Notes under the pieces: model-generated | The model's database searches: none | What the model was told of the DNA's origin: nothing | Seen by the model: only the letters and a program-made list of their open reading frames with translations | Origin: Desulfobacterales bacterium | GTDB taxonomy: Bacteria; Desulfobacterota; Desulfobacteria; Desulfobacterales; JAFDDL01 | Assembly: GCA_040235505.1 (NCBI GenBank) | Contig: JBECKW010000136.1 | Coordinates: 8,136 to 72,135 of the forward strand | Direction: 5' to 3' | Length of the DNA stretch: 64,000 nucleotides | Made by a program: the position numbers and the translations under genes | Shown: one piece after another, positions 1 through 9,429 of the stretch | How the letters are laid out: each line of letters opens with the position of its first letter | Position numbering within the stretch: the stretch's first letter is position 1

Positions 1-400
1 CGAGGGTCGTCACATAATAGACAATTTCAGCGACCCCCTCACGTTTCTGATTCGTGAAAGAGAAATGGGCCTGGGACGTGAATCTGAAACGGGAAACCGT
101 TTTTCCGTCCACGAATTCGCTGCTGCCCTCGACACGGTAGGGATCGGTGGAATCCCTGAGATTCGCCTGTTTATACTGCGGCGGAATTTTTACGTACATC
201 TCTTCGATGTCCGTAACAATCCTGGACATACAATGCTGCCCCATCTCGTATTGGACCGTGCCATTTGCAAGGGTATCGGTTGACGTGGAAAGACTCCTGA
301 AAGAACCGAACAGGACCGTAAAGAGTATGGAAAAAATAAAGATGGCCACCAGTATTTCAATTAGAGTGAAACCTCGGCCGTCAAATGTTTTCATTCCCAT
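1..400 (-). CDS. Type II secretion minor pseudopilin, GspJ-like (partial; C-terminus lies beyond the window edge)
   Basis: Absent from the ORF track because it is open at the window edge. Hand translation of the minus strand from the ATG (complement of 398-400) gives MGMKTFDGRGFTLIEILVAIFIFSILF..., with no stop codon down to position 1. It has the prepilin-type N-terminal motif G/FTLIE followed by a hydrophobic helix. It starts 5 nt after the GspI-like stop, in the same orientation as gspG-H-I. Confidence 0.6.
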   Translation of the reverse strand, partial: MGMKTFDGRGFTLIEILVAIFIFSILFTVLFGSFRSLSTSTDTLANGTVQYEMGQHCMSRIVTDIEEMYVKIPPQYKQANLRDSTDPYRVEGSSEFVDGKTVSRFRFTSQAHFSFTNQKREGVAEIVYYVTTL

Positions 401-405
401 TGCAG

Positions 406-807
406 CTATGGCTCCTCGTCAAAAAAGAAATATGTTCGAAGATGATAAGTTTCGCTCTGGTCTTCCGATTGGATGTCTATATCTATTTTTTTCAGCCTGT
501 TTGCGGTTTCATCCAATGCGTCCGATTCCACATCCGAGATTTCCGATTTCCAGGTGAAACCGGGATAATTATCTCCGAAATCACCACTGTCGGATGTCGA
601 TATGTCTTTGGGTGTCGAAATGATTTCGGACATTTTCATATCGGCAAGCATTGGAGCGATGATGTTGAATCGCGCCCGGGTTCCAAGTGCAATGTTCTGG
701 GATTGGAGCTGAAAAATGGAGACCAGAACAATAGCGACAATGGAAAATGCAATCATGACTTCGAGAAACGTAAAGCCGGATTCAGTTTTGAATGTCAACA
801 TACCCAT
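406..807 (-). CDS. Type II secretion minor pseudopilin, GspI-like
   Basis: 133 aa. The N-terminus [27 protein letters not shown] carries a prepilin cleavage/methylation motif and a hydrophobic helix. Size and position after the GspH-like gene fit GspI. Confidence 0.65.
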   Translation of the reverse strand: MGMLTFKTESGFTFLEVMIAFSIVAIVLVSIFQLQSQNIALGTRARFNIIAPMLADMKMSEIISTPKDISTSDSGDFGDNYPGFTWKSEISDVESDALDETANRLKKIDIDIQSEDQSETYHLRTYFFFDEEP

Positions 808-1330
808 CGGCTGTTTCCACCTGGGTTAAAAAGGGTTCAAAGAAAAACGATCGGCGGTCTCCACCATCTTTCTCGATATGAAGAACGGCTTTATCCGAGT
901 ATCCCTTTGGATAAAAACAGATCTGGGCATCTCCCGACTGAATGCTTTCGCCGTTGGAGTAGATAACGTCAATGATATGAATCGAGTCGGGAACAGAAAA
1001 CCCCTTTTTCATGGACGAAAGCATTTGCTCTTCCGACATGCTGGTGCTTGAAAACCACAACTGGTGGTTGTCCATGTCCACATGTAACGCATAGATTTGG
1101 GATTCGGATACGGCTTTCGCTTTATATTTCGGAACTTGCAGCAGAATCCATTGGGATGTTTCGCGCATGTCGTCGTTGAAGATATGTTCAAAATTGGGAA
1201 GCGCCACAAACATCATGATCACGATAAGGGCCATCACAACGACAAGCTCAATCAAGGTGAAGCCGTTCGGACGGGGCTTATCTTTTCCTTCTGAAGAAGG
1301 AAAGCATCTGCAAAATGACATGCCGGTCAC
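782..1330 (-). CDS. Type II secretion minor pseudopilin, GspH-like
   Basis: 182 aa with the prepilin motif [20 protein letters not shown]. Its start overlaps the gspG stop (ATGA-type overlap). Confidence 0.6.
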   Translation of the reverse strand: MTGMSFCRCFPSSEGKDKPRPNGFTLIELVVVMALIVIMMFVALPNFEHIFNDDMRETSQWILLQVPKYKAKAVSESQIYALHVDMDNHQLWFSSTSMSEEQMLSSMKKGFSVPDSIHIIDVIYSNGESIQSGDAQICFYPKGYSDKAVLHIEKDGGDRRSFFFEPFLTQVETADGYVDIQN

Positions 1331-1785
1331 TCATCAGCTTCCCAACTTGTGATATCCTTATCGTAGCCATCGCCCCCCTGAACACCATCGGCGCCGTAGG
1401 AGATGATATCGAAGTCGGAATAAATTCCAGGACAAAGGTAAACATAGTCATGCCCCCAGGGATCTTTGGGGACTGTTTTCTTTTCCAGATAACCACCTTT
1501 CGGATAATTCTTGAGATCGGTGTCTCCCGAGGGGGGGCTCACGAGGGCGGCAAGCCCCTGTTCCGTCGTCGGATAGACCTTGTTGTCGGCTTTGTACAAC
1601 TTCAGGGCCGTTTTGAAATTCTCGATCTGTATCTTTGCCTGAACCTGCCGAGCTTGATCGGGACGGTCCATGATTTTGGGCACGATCAGCGCTGCTAGAA
1701 TCCCCAAAATAACGATGACAACCATCAGCTCTATCAGGGTGAATCCTCTCTGGTATGAACTGTGGTGTGAACTCTCTGTTGCCAT
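1327..1785 (-). CDS. gspG: Type II secretion major pseudopilin GspG
   Basis: [28 protein letters not shown]...DPWGHDYVY...[11 protein letters not shown] is a classic GspG signature. I chose the start at MATESS (1785) because GGAGGT lies 4 nt upstream. The longer ORF-track start at 1827 has no RBS. Confidence 0.9.
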   Translation of the reverse strand: MATESSHHSSYQRGFTLIELMVVIVILGILAALIVPKIMDRPDQARQVQAKIQIENFKTALKLYKADNKVYPTTEQGLAALVSPPSGDTDLKNYPKGGYLEKKTVPKDPWGHDYVYLCPGIYSDFDIISYGADGVQGGDGYDKDITSWEADE

Positions 1786-1835
1786 CTTACCTCCATGATG
1801 CATCAAGTTGAATATACAAACAATCAATATGCTAT

Positions 1836-1864
1836 TTTATAGCACTTCGCTGAAGACGGGTCAA
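1836..1864 (-). promoter_or_regulatory. Sigma-70-like promoter upstream of gspG (TTGACC-17 nt-TATAAA on the minus strand)
   Basis: The minus strand reads TTGACC cgtcttcagcgaagtgc TATAAA. This is a near-consensus -35/-10 pair with 17-nt spacing, about 50 nt upstream of the gspG ATG. Confidence 0.45.
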
Positions 1865-1885
1865 ATAGACCAATAAATAACATAT

Positions 1886-2530
1886 TCAATTAGTTAAAAA
1901 CGAAATTGAAAAAATTGACAGGTTTCCGAGGATATGGATGACCATCGGAACCGCCAGGTTTTTTTCAATTTCAAAAGCCGAAGCAAAAACGATACCGCCC
2001 ACCAGTTGGGTGATCGGTATTGCCGAGGCTGTGGAATGCAGGTACGCAAAAATCAATGTCGAAAATAAGAGAGCGAACCAAAATCCCATACGGCGAAAAA
2101 AGCAAAACACAATTCCACGGAAAAAAAATTCTTCCGCTATGGGGGCGATCACGCCTCCGACAATGAAGAAAAGCAATAGGGGACCCGGACGATCCGGAAG
2201 CGGAGTTCTCAGAAGATGCAGAGGATTGATTTTGAAAGCAAGCAACACCAAAGCGAATATGGCCGCAAGAATCGCGAAGGCGATGCTCCAGAGCGCACCT
2301 TTTTTAATACCGTTGAGCAGCGTGGAAGGCTCGATTCCGATAACGGATGTTTTTTTTTCAATCCGTAATACGATGGCCAGAAGAAGGAAAATATCCAGAA
2401 TCCGCGTGACGCCGATCAATAGAAGCGGTGGCAGACCCGATATCCTGACAACAGAAGAGAGAACCTCCAGGAGGAGAATCGACAAAACAACACAAAGAAA
2501 AGTTTTCAGTTGGATGCTTTTTGTTCCCAT
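1886..2530 (-). CDS. CPBP family intramembrane glutamic endopeptidase (CAAX protease / Abi family)
   Basis: Polytopic membrane protein with the CPBP motifs APIAEEFFFRG, FAYLH and HILGNL. The first ATG (MGTKSIQ, 2530) has GAGG upstream. The ORF-track start at 2575 is a TTG. Confidence 0.75.
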   Translation of the reverse strand: MGTKSIQLKTFLCVVLSILLLEVLSSVVRISGLPPLLLIGVTRILDIFLLLAIVLRIEKKTSVIGIEPSTLLNGIKKGALWSIAFAILAAIFALVLLAFKINPLHLLRTPLPDRPGPLLLFFIVGGVIAPIAEEFFFRGIVFCFFRRMGFWFALLFSTLIFAYLHSTASAIPITQLVGGIVFASAFEIEKNLAVPMVIHILGNLSIFSISFLTN

Positions 2531-4002
2531 CCGAGGGACCTCAATGTCTGGTAAGCATATCCCTGGACATACCAATCCCGGGATGTTTTGATTTTTTGGA
2601 TGATGGTTCGGGTGGCGGCTCTATCCAGTCTGTTTTTCAGGGAATCATATGCCTTGCATGCCACGAGCGGGTACGGGTCATTCAGGAGGCGAAGCAACAC
2701 ATCATTCGTCCCGGGTTCCGTGTTGTTGGAAAGAGAGATGGTCCACCAGATACGTTCCGGAATGTACGGACGGTTCGATGAAAGGGTATCGGGACAATAG
2801 TCGGAAGGGTCAAGACCCTCCAATGCGATGGTTCGAAAGGCCGTCATCCGGGTGACGGGATTTTCGGACCGAAGCGCTGCCTTTAGGTGGGACAGCGGCA
2901 TGGATACCGGTGCGATGACACGGAAAATGAACATGGCGGCGATACCGACGATCAAACAGCCGACGGCGGATGTAAAAAACCCGGTATCGCCATCGCTGTT
3001 AAAGAAATGGCGGAAGATCAGATGAAAAACGAAAAAGACGCAAACATACAAAAAGACGGGAAGCGCGAACAGGAGCGAGAACGCAAGAAGTCTTCGCGTG
3101 AAATTATTTCGATCGCTGCGGGTCGAGACCCGGTTTAGTACGGCACCCGGGTTACCCATAAAGGTATCGATAGCGGTTCTGAGAACTGTCCGGCCACCGG
3201 CGACAAATGAGATGCTGTTTTCATGTGCTTGGATGTGGATATCAGCAGCGCCGGCAGCATTTATCGTCAGATAATCATATCGAAGAAGGATCGACTTCAG
3301 CTTATGGAGGACGCTTTCATTAAAATCTCCGTCGATCCGGTAGGTTTTGATCTGTTTTTTTAAAAGCGGTTTGATGGATTCCGTTGGATAGGGAGAAAAT
3401 TTATAGTAGAAATCTGTAATTCTTTTCCCAAAAGAATTCGACAGAAGAAGATAGTCGCGAACGTTGAAAAATACATTGCCGGGAGAAAGCGTCGTCCACA
3501 AAACTCCGAGAATCGCCAGGGTGGCGATGTGCGTCAACAGGCGTTTTGTGGAAAGTCGTGTCTGAACTCCCACCAGACCGAACAAGGTCAGCTTGAATGT
3601 CAAAAAGTATACCGATAAAAACCATAGCGTTACGATTGGATTAAACCCGTGGCGGTTCAGCATCACCATGCAGAGGATCACGAAACCGGACAAAATGATC
3701 AGAAACAATCTGTTGCGGCGATATCCGCGATCCCATGCGCATGCTGCAAGATAGACCAGAAATGGTAAAGCGATTCCAACGGTCAAGGTGAAGAAGACGG
3801 CGGATTTGAAGGCGGTGCCGAGGCTGCGAAGGTTGGGAAGAATGTATGCGTTTGGAACCGGTAGATATCCGGCGTCCATCACCATCCCGATCGTTCGATT
3901 CAGGTGAAGGCCGGATCGATAAATCATGACGGTGAAAAACAGATGGGTCAGGATCATCCCGACCAGGATTACGAGCACCGGAACGTATTTTTTTTTCATC
4001 AC
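2506..4002 (-). CDS. Polytopic membrane protein with a C-terminal HEAT-like repeat region; function unknown
   Basis: 498 aa. The N-terminal two thirds consist of multiple hydrophobic helices. The C-terminus has repeated helical units (LRSENPVTRMTAFRTIA..., LLNDPYPLVACKAYDSL...) resembling HEAT repeats. Confidence 0.6.
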   Translation of the reverse strand: MMKKKYVPVLVILVGMILTHLFFTVMIYRSGLHLNRTIGMVMDAGYLPVPNAYILPNLRSLGTAFKSAVFFTLTVGIALPFLVYLAACAWDRGYRRNRLFLIILSGFVILCMVMLNRHGFNPIVTLWFLSVYFLTFKLTLFGLVGVQTRLSTKRLLTHIATLAILGVLWTTLSPGNVFFNVRDYLLLSNSFGKRITDFYYKFSPYPTESIKPLLKKQIKTYRIDGDFNESVLHKLKSILLRYDYLTINAAGAADIHIQAHENSISFVAGGRTVLRTAIDTFMGNPGAVLNRVSTRSDRNNFTRRLLAFSLLFALPVFLYVCVFFVFHLIFRHFFNSDGDTGFFTSAVGCLIVGIAAMFIFRVIAPVSMPLSHLKAALRSENPVTRMTAFRTIALEGLDPSDYCPDTLSSNRPYIPERIWWTISLSNNTEPGTNDVLLRLLNDPYPLVACKAYDSLKNRLDRAATRTIIQKIKTSRDWYVQGYAYQTLRSLGWEQKASN

Positions 4003-4074
4003 AAATCGATTCAGCTTCTTAACGTCAGGCCGAAGGCATCGGATAAATGCCTCCGGATGGGAATGGCCGGTTTT

Positions 4075-5301
4075 TTAGGTGACAAGCTGGTTCATCTCAA
4101 GGATCGGCAGCATGATGGATAGCACGATCAGGCCCACCACAACCCCCATCAACATAATTAATACCGGTTCAAGAAGTGCGACCATCCCGATGATGGCCGC
4201 TTCGGATTCCGATTCATAAATATTGGCCAGCTTATTCAACATGGCCTCGAGCCCGCCGCTTTGTTCGCCGACCTGAATCATTTGAACGGCAAGATGCGGG
4301 AAAACATTGTGTCCCGAGAGGGCGTTGCCGAGGCCCTGTCCCTTTCCAACCTCGGTGGCTGAAGCTTCAATTGCATTTGATATCAATACATTGTCAACGA
4401 TATTCTTGACAATATCCAAGGCGGTCATCATGGTGACGCCGTTTTCGAGAAGGGATGCCAAAGTGCGGGAAAAACGCGCCACCGACAGCTTTTGGGAAAG
4501 TGGCCCGAGGACGGGAAGGGAGAGTTTCATTCGGTCAAAAAAGGCTCGCCCATTTGTGGTCCGGTTTACTTTGCGAACGGCGTAAAAAAGAGCAATAAGG
4601 ATCAGAAGGATAATCCACCAGTATGATTTGAAAAGCTCGCTCGTCACAATCAGAAACCGTGTCGGAGCCGGAAGGGTTTTATTCATTTCGGTGAAAATGG
4701 AGGTGATATTCGGGACAATGACCGTCAATAAGAACGTCAGGATGGCGGCTCCAAAAATGGTCATGAAGATAGGGTAAAACATTTTGGAGCGAATATTGGA
4801 GCGAAGCGCTTCCTGTTTTTCCATCAGATCCGCCAGACGTTCCAATACCACTTCCAGGGTCCCGGAGGATTCGCCCGCATGAACCATGTTGATGTAGAGG
4901 GGAGAAAATACGCGAGGGTATGCGGAAAGGGCATTTGCAAGACTGCTGCCCTCGACAATAGTGGTTTTTACCTGGGCCACAATTTTTTTGAAGGATGGTG
5001 TGGATATCTGCGGAACAAGAGCGTCGATGGCGGTGACCAGAGGAAACCCGGCATCCAGAAGGGTGGCGAGTTGTCGGGTCATCATGGAAATATCGGCGGA
5101 CCTTACCCGATCGAACAGATGGATAGACTTGAGGTTTCGAGAGGTGTCCACGCCTGCGGATTGTTCCACCTGTTTGATGGATACGGGATAAATACTGCTT
5201 CCACGCAGCTTCTGTCTTGCCACGGCTGCGCTTTCGGCGTCTATAATGCCTGAAACATTCTTCCCCTTCTTATCTAGAGCATTGTATTCGTAAACCGGCA
5301 T
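4075..5301 (-). CDS. gspF: Type II secretion system inner-membrane platform protein GspF
   Basis: 408 aa, starting MPVYEYNALDKKGKNVSGIIDA. It shows the duplicated GspF/PilC domain architecture with three TM segments, and the typical C-terminus ...PILEMNQLV. Confidence 0.9.
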   Translation of the reverse strand: MPVYEYNALDKKGKNVSGIIDAESAAVARQKLRGSSIYPVSIKQVEQSAGVDTSRNLKSIHLFDRVRSADISMMTRQLATLLDAGFPLVTAIDALVPQISTPSFKKIVAQVKTTIVEGSSLANALSAYPRVFSPLYINMVHAGESSGTLEVVLERLADLMEKQEALRSNIRSKMFYPIFMTIFGAAILTFLLTVIVPNITSIFTEMNKTLPAPTRFLIVTSELFKSYWWIILLILIALFYAVRKVNRTTNGRAFFDRMKLSLPVLGPLSQKLSVARFSRTLASLLENGVTMMTALDIVKNIVDNVLISNAIEASATEVGKGQGLGNALSGHNVFPHLAVQMIQVGEQSGGLEAMLNKLANIYESESEAAIIGMVALLEPVLIMLMGVVVGLIVLSIMLPILEMNQLVT

Positions 5302-5424
5302 ATCGAAACCATATCGTAAGGATAAAGAGATAAGCGGGCCACTGTATGAAGTGGGCCGGAAAGCAATCCGCTAAAATAATCTTATAGGGCAATTAGGGGT
5401 ATTTGTAAATGGTGCGTTGAAATA

Positions 5425-6756
5425 TCAGGAAATTCTTTGAAGACGGGCGGCGAAAAATCCATCCATGGACAGCTGGTGCGGGTAAGTCCTGAAAAAGCCG
5501 TTTTCAGAAATGCAGCTTTCGGGGATCACCTTCGTGGTTATCGCAGGGGCCGGTTTGAAACCGGGGTGACTTTTAAGAAAATCATCGATGACGTTTTCAT
5601 TTTCTTCCGGTTCGGTGCTGCATACCACATACACCAGTATCCCGGAAAGCTTTACAAGCGGTGCAATTCGGGAAAGAAGATGGAGCTGATTTTCGTGCAG
5701 ACGGTTGAGATCGTCTTTCGATGCGCGCCATTTGGCGTCAGGATTTCTTCTGAGAACGCCAAGTCCCGAGCAGGGAGCATCCAGAAGAATTCGGTCAAAG
5801 GAGAGTGCGGAAAAGCCTTCGGGAAGAGGAGAGGAAAGATCGTGGGGGCAGGTCCGGACGATTGAAATGCCAAGGCGTTTCATTTCCTTTTCAAGGGTGG
5901 TAAGTTTCTGAAGGTCCCGGTCCATGGCATAAAGGATGCCCTTGTTATTCATGAGCTGCGCAAGGTGTCCCGTCTTCCCGCCGAGACCGGCACAGGCATC
6001 GAGAACGGTTTCCCCGGGTTTCGGCGAAAGAAAATGACCGGCCAATTGAGCGGCTTCGTCCTGAACCTGGAAAAACCCTTCTTCAAAACCGGGCAAGTTG
6101 AAGACCGCCTCCCGGAGTGAAGTGAGGCAGATGCCTTCAGGAGAAAAATCAGTGGGCGCAATCTTCCCGGCATGCTCCAACAGCGAGGTCATCAGTAGGG
6201 ACCTCGAGGCGCGAAGGGTATTCGTTCGAAGGGTGATGGGCGGGACGCTGTTGACGGCATCGCAGACGGCCAGGGCATCGTTTTTTCCGAAACGCTGAAT
6301 CCACCGGGACAGCAGCCACTGGGGGATCGATTTTTCATCCGCCAGCCCGGAAGCCGGAGGCAATGGGCCGGTCGACGCTTTTCTGAGAACGGCATTGACA
6401 AACCGGACTGTCCAGGGAGCCGAAACGCTTTTGGCCATATCCACGGCCGTGTTGACGGCTGCCGATGGAGGGATGCGGTCCATAAATCCTATCTGGAAGA
6501 TACCAATCCTCAATATATTGAGGACGTCCGGCTCGATTTTGGGGAGGGCGATTTTTGAAAAGCGGGAAATAATTCCATCGATACGAAGGCGGTGCCGGAG
6601 AACGCCATAAACCAGCGCCTGCATCAGCGCCCGGTCCCGCTTGGCGGAAGATCCTTCCGACTCGCGAAATTCATCCATCAGAATATCAAGGGTTTTTTCA
6701 GCGGAATCAAGCCGGTTCAGAATGCAAAGCGCACTTTTTCGGGGGTCTAAGGGCAT
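5425..6756 (-). CDS. rsmB: 16S rRNA (cytosine967-C5)-methyltransferase RsmB (NusB-like N-domain plus SAM methyltransferase)
   Basis: Motifs DACAGLGGKTGHLA, LLDAPCSGLGVLRRNPD and YVVCS. The start is set at MPLDPRK (6756), 8 nt after the fmt stop. The longer ORF would overlap fmt by 130 nt. Confidence 0.88.
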   Translation of the reverse strand: MPLDPRKSALCILNRLDSAEKTLDILMDEFRESEGSSAKRDRALMQALVYGVLRHRLRIDGIISRFSKIALPKIEPDVLNILRIGIFQIGFMDRIPPSAAVNTAVDMAKSVSAPWTVRFVNAVLRKASTGPLPPASGLADEKSIPQWLLSRWIQRFGKNDALAVCDAVNSVPPITLRTNTLRASRSLLMTSLLEHAGKIAPTDFSPEGICLTSLREAVFNLPGFEEGFFQVQDEAAQLAGHFLSPKPGETVLDACAGLGGKTGHLAQLMNNKGILYAMDRDLQKLTTLEKEMKRLGISIVRTCPHDLSSPLPEGFSALSFDRILLDAPCSGLGVLRRNPDAKWRASKDDLNRLHENQLHLLSRIAPLVKLSGILVYVVCSTEPEENENVIDDFLKSHPGFKPAPAITTKVIPESCISENGFFRTYPHQLSMDGFFAARLQRIS

Positions 6757-6763
6757 ATCGGCC

Positions 6764-7705
6764 TCAAGACATCCTGTCTCCGGGTTGAAGATGGTACCCT
6801 CGGAGAAAATCCTGAACCGGCAGACGCTTACCGGATGCACCCTGGATTTCCAGAACCTGCAATATGCCGTCTCCGGTGCTGATGCGAAGCTCATCGGGAA
6901 AGCTTTTCAGGACGGTTCCCGGGGGCACTGAAACAGGTTCGGGAATCGGACGGGCCCGATGAATTTTCAGGCGAACGTTCTTATGAAAGGTAAAGGCTCC
7001 CGGCCAGGGCGTGACTCCCCGAATGATGCAAAAAATTTTGGATACCGGAAGCGTCCAGTCAATTCGTCCATCCTCCTTTTTAAGCATGGGAGCGTATGTG
7101 GCATTTTGATGATTCTGGGGAATCGGGGTGATATGGCCGGCAAGCATATCCTTCATGGTTCGGAGCAGAAGGGCGCCCCCCATCTCCGAGAGCCTGTCAT
7201 GGAGGGATTCGGAAGTGTCCTGAGGATCAATGGTGCATTTTTCCGACAGCAGGATGTCGCCGGTGTCCATCCCGGCGTCCATGCGCATGGTGGTAACGCC
7301 CGTCTCGGCCTCGCCGTTCATTATGGCCCTTTGAATCGGAGCGGCGCCTCGGTATTTCGGCAGCAGTGAGGCGTGCAGATTGATGGGCGCAATACGTGGA
7401 AGGGACAGCAAGTCTTCGGAAAGAAGGTGACCAAAGGCAACGACGATAAAAAAATCGGGATCCAGAGAGACGAGGCGTTCTTTTACCTCGGACTGCGTCA
7501 CGGTCGACGGTTGTATCACCGGACATCCCAATTCGAGAGCGGCTGTCTTTACGGGTGGAGGAAATGGGTTTCTGCCCCTGCCTTTGGGACGGTCCGGCTG
7601 CGTAATCACCAGCGATGGAGAAAATCCGGCCTGGTAGAGGCAGCGGAGCGAGGGAACGGCAAAATCGGGAGTTCCCATAAAAACAAAACGGGCTTTTTGT
7701 GTCAT
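6764..7705 (-). CDS. fmt: Methionyl-tRNA formyltransferase
   Basis: FMGTPDFAVPSL..., HASLLPKYRGAAPIQRAI, and a C-terminal formyltransferase domain. It follows def with a 4-nt overlap. Confidence 0.93.
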   Translation of the reverse strand: MTQKARFVFMGTPDFAVPSLRCLYQAGFSPSLVITQPDRPKGRGRNPFPPPVKTAALELGCPVIQPSTVTQSEVKERLVSLDPDFFIVVAFGHLLSEDLLSLPRIAPINLHASLLPKYRGAAPIQRAIMNGEAETGVTTMRMDAGMDTGDILLSEKCTIDPQDTSESLHDRLSEMGGALLLRTMKDMLAGHITPIPQNHQNATYAPMLKKEDGRIDWTLPVSKIFCIIRGVTPWPGAFTFHKNVRLKIHRARPIPEPVSVPPGTVLKSFPDELRISTGDGILQVLEIQGASGKRLPVQDFLRGYHLQPGDRMS

Positions 7706-8211
7706 GACTTGTTGAGATTTTTCAGGACGCGTTTTTTATAGAGTTGTCGTTTCAGACTGCTGATACGGTCGATGAACAATTTACCATTGAGATGATCAAT
7801 CTCATGCTGAAGCAAGATGGCAAGAAAACCTTCCGCTTCCAAGCTGACGGGATTGCCGTCACGGTCAAGCCCTTCCACAACAATGATGCGGGCGCGTCTC
7901 ACGTTGGATCTAAATCCCGGAACACTCAGGCAGCCCTCATCTTCGGAAAGTATCTCCCCGTGGCTTTCGATAATTTTCGGATTGATCAGAACCTGATACA
8001 ATCCGTTTTTTTTCTCGGATTCCGGATCAAAAACGATAAGGCTGCCGTCAAATCCGACCTGAGAAGCGGCAAGCCCCACCCCGGGGGCGGCGTACATGGT
8101 TTCCGCCATGTTTTTGATTTTTTCCTGCAATCCTCCATCGATATTTTCGATTGGATGTGTCGCGTTCTGAAGAAAGTGGTCCGGGTATGTCAGAATTTCA
8201 AGAATGCTCAA
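7702..8211 (-). CDS. def: Peptide deformylase
   Basis: The three Def motifs are present: GVGLAASQV, EGCLSVPG and HEIDHLNG. It has a TTG start, with AGGAG 6 nt upstream. Confidence 0.93.
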   Translation of the reverse strand: MSILEILTYPDHFLQNATHPIENIDGGLQEKIKNMAETMYAAPGVGLAASQVGFDGSLIVFDPESEKKNGLYQVLINPKIIESHGEILSEDEGCLSVPGFRSNVRRARIIVVEGLDRDGNPVSLEAEGFLAILLQHEIDHLNGKLFIDRISSLKRQLYKKRVLKNLNKS

Positions 8212-8334
8212 ATTAAACTCCTAATCCGGCTTCGCCGGGGCTGATCGCTTACACTCATAGCAAAAAATTATGCACAATGATAGTGGATGATGTCGCTTCC
8301 AGCGTCCGCATACTATACCTCAAGCTGAGGCATG

Positions 8335-9429
8335 TCACAAGTGCGCGGAATCAGAGCTCGATGGAAGACCGTGTGAGATCTGCCGGATATTGACACTCAG
8401 TGATACGGACGAGTGAAATCCCAGTAAAATTACCGAAAGCAGCTGAACCGCGTGATTCGCAAGCGTGAAGCCGGCGGCGGAACTTGAAGAAACGCCGAAA
8501 AGCGACAGCGCAAAGACCCCGCCCGCTTCCCAGAGGCCCCAGTATCCCGGGACGGAGGGCAGGGCGATAAAAAAACAGATAATGACCATCATGACCGCGT
8601 ATTCGAAAATTGTCAGATGAAGACCCGGGCAGCCAAGCCCCATGACATAGTATGACAGGGCGGTCAGAATCCAGATGACCAGTGTCATTGCCGTACAGGC
8701 AGCCATTTTACCCGGATATTTAAAAAGCAGAAGGCCTTCGGCGGCATGATTCAACAACTTTACGGATCGCTCGCAGACGACGCGACGAACCCAGTGCCGG
8801 AAAGATGGAGGCAGGAAAAACAACAAGAAATCGGGAATCTTGATGACGATCCTGTTAAGTATGCCTCTGGTTTTATCAAACGCCACGATGAATACACCTG
8901 CCACGAGGACGACACAGAGCTTCACGAGATTGATTCCGAGAATCTCGAGCGTCTCTCTGCTGAGATGATAGTGACCGTAGGAAACATTAAGGGATGTTTC
9001 CATGGGCAGCATGGTCAATGCCAGCGCAAGAAAAATGATTAAAAAACCGGCGTCAAACAACCTTTCCGCCGCCACGGTGGCAAGACCAGTGGTAAAAGAG
9101 ACGCCTTTCTTTCGATTGAGGATCAAAGGCCTGGCCGCTTCTCCGATTCGACCCGGGAGAATGCAGTTGATCATGAACCCGATGGTCAGGGGATGATAGG
9201 CCGACTGAAAATTAACGGATGTCGAAGCGTTTAAAATAAGCTGCCAGCGAATCCCGCGGAGGATGAAAGCTGCGGCAATAACCAGAAAGGTCGGTAGGAT
9301 CCATATGTATCTTATGGTGGCCAGATAATCGAGCAGATCCGATAAAGGAACGTTCCGAAACGCAATGTAGATGGAGACGGAAGACAATAGAATGCCGACG
9401 GCCAGGGACAGTATCAATTTCTTTTTCAT
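8335..9429 (-). CDS. Lysylphosphatidylglycerol-synthase-TM-region-like (flippase-like, UPF0104) membrane protein
   Basis: 364 aa with about 8 TM helices. The N-terminus MKKKLILSLAVGILLSSVSIYIAFRNV and RGIRWQLIL are typical of the UPF0104 family. It overlaps the ribF stop by 4 nt. Confidence 0.65.
   Translation of the reverse strand: MKKKLILSLAVGILLSSVSIYIAFRNVPLSDLLDYLATIRYIWILPTFLVIAAAFILRGIRWQLILNASTSVNFQSAYHPLTIGFMINCILPGRIGEAARPLILNRKKGVSFTTGLATVAAERLFDAGFLIIFLALALTMLPMETSLNVSYGHYHLSRETLEILGINLVKLCVVLVAGVFIVAFDKTRGILNRIVIKIPDFLLFFLPPSFRHWVRRVVCERSVKLLNHAAEGLLLFKYPGKMAACTAMTLVIWILTALSYYVMGLGCPGLHLTIFEYAVMMVIICFFIALPSVPGYWGLWEAGGVFALSLFGVSSSSAAGFTLANHAVQLLSVILLGFHSSVSLSVNIRQISHGLPSSSDSAHL

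Noticed and set aside
4030-4056. 10-bp hairpin (CCGAAGGCAT-cggataa-ATGCCTCCGG) between gspF and the downstream membrane-protein gene
   Set aside because: No U-tract follows it on the transcribed (minus) strand, so it is not a canonical terminator. It is too short and isolated to call a regulatory element without comparative data.
6757-6894. N-terminal 46-aa extension of the rsmB ORF
   Set aside because: It would overlap the fmt 3' end by about 130 nt. The internal Met (MPLDPRK) starts 8 nt after the fmt stop and matches the usual RsmB N-terminus.
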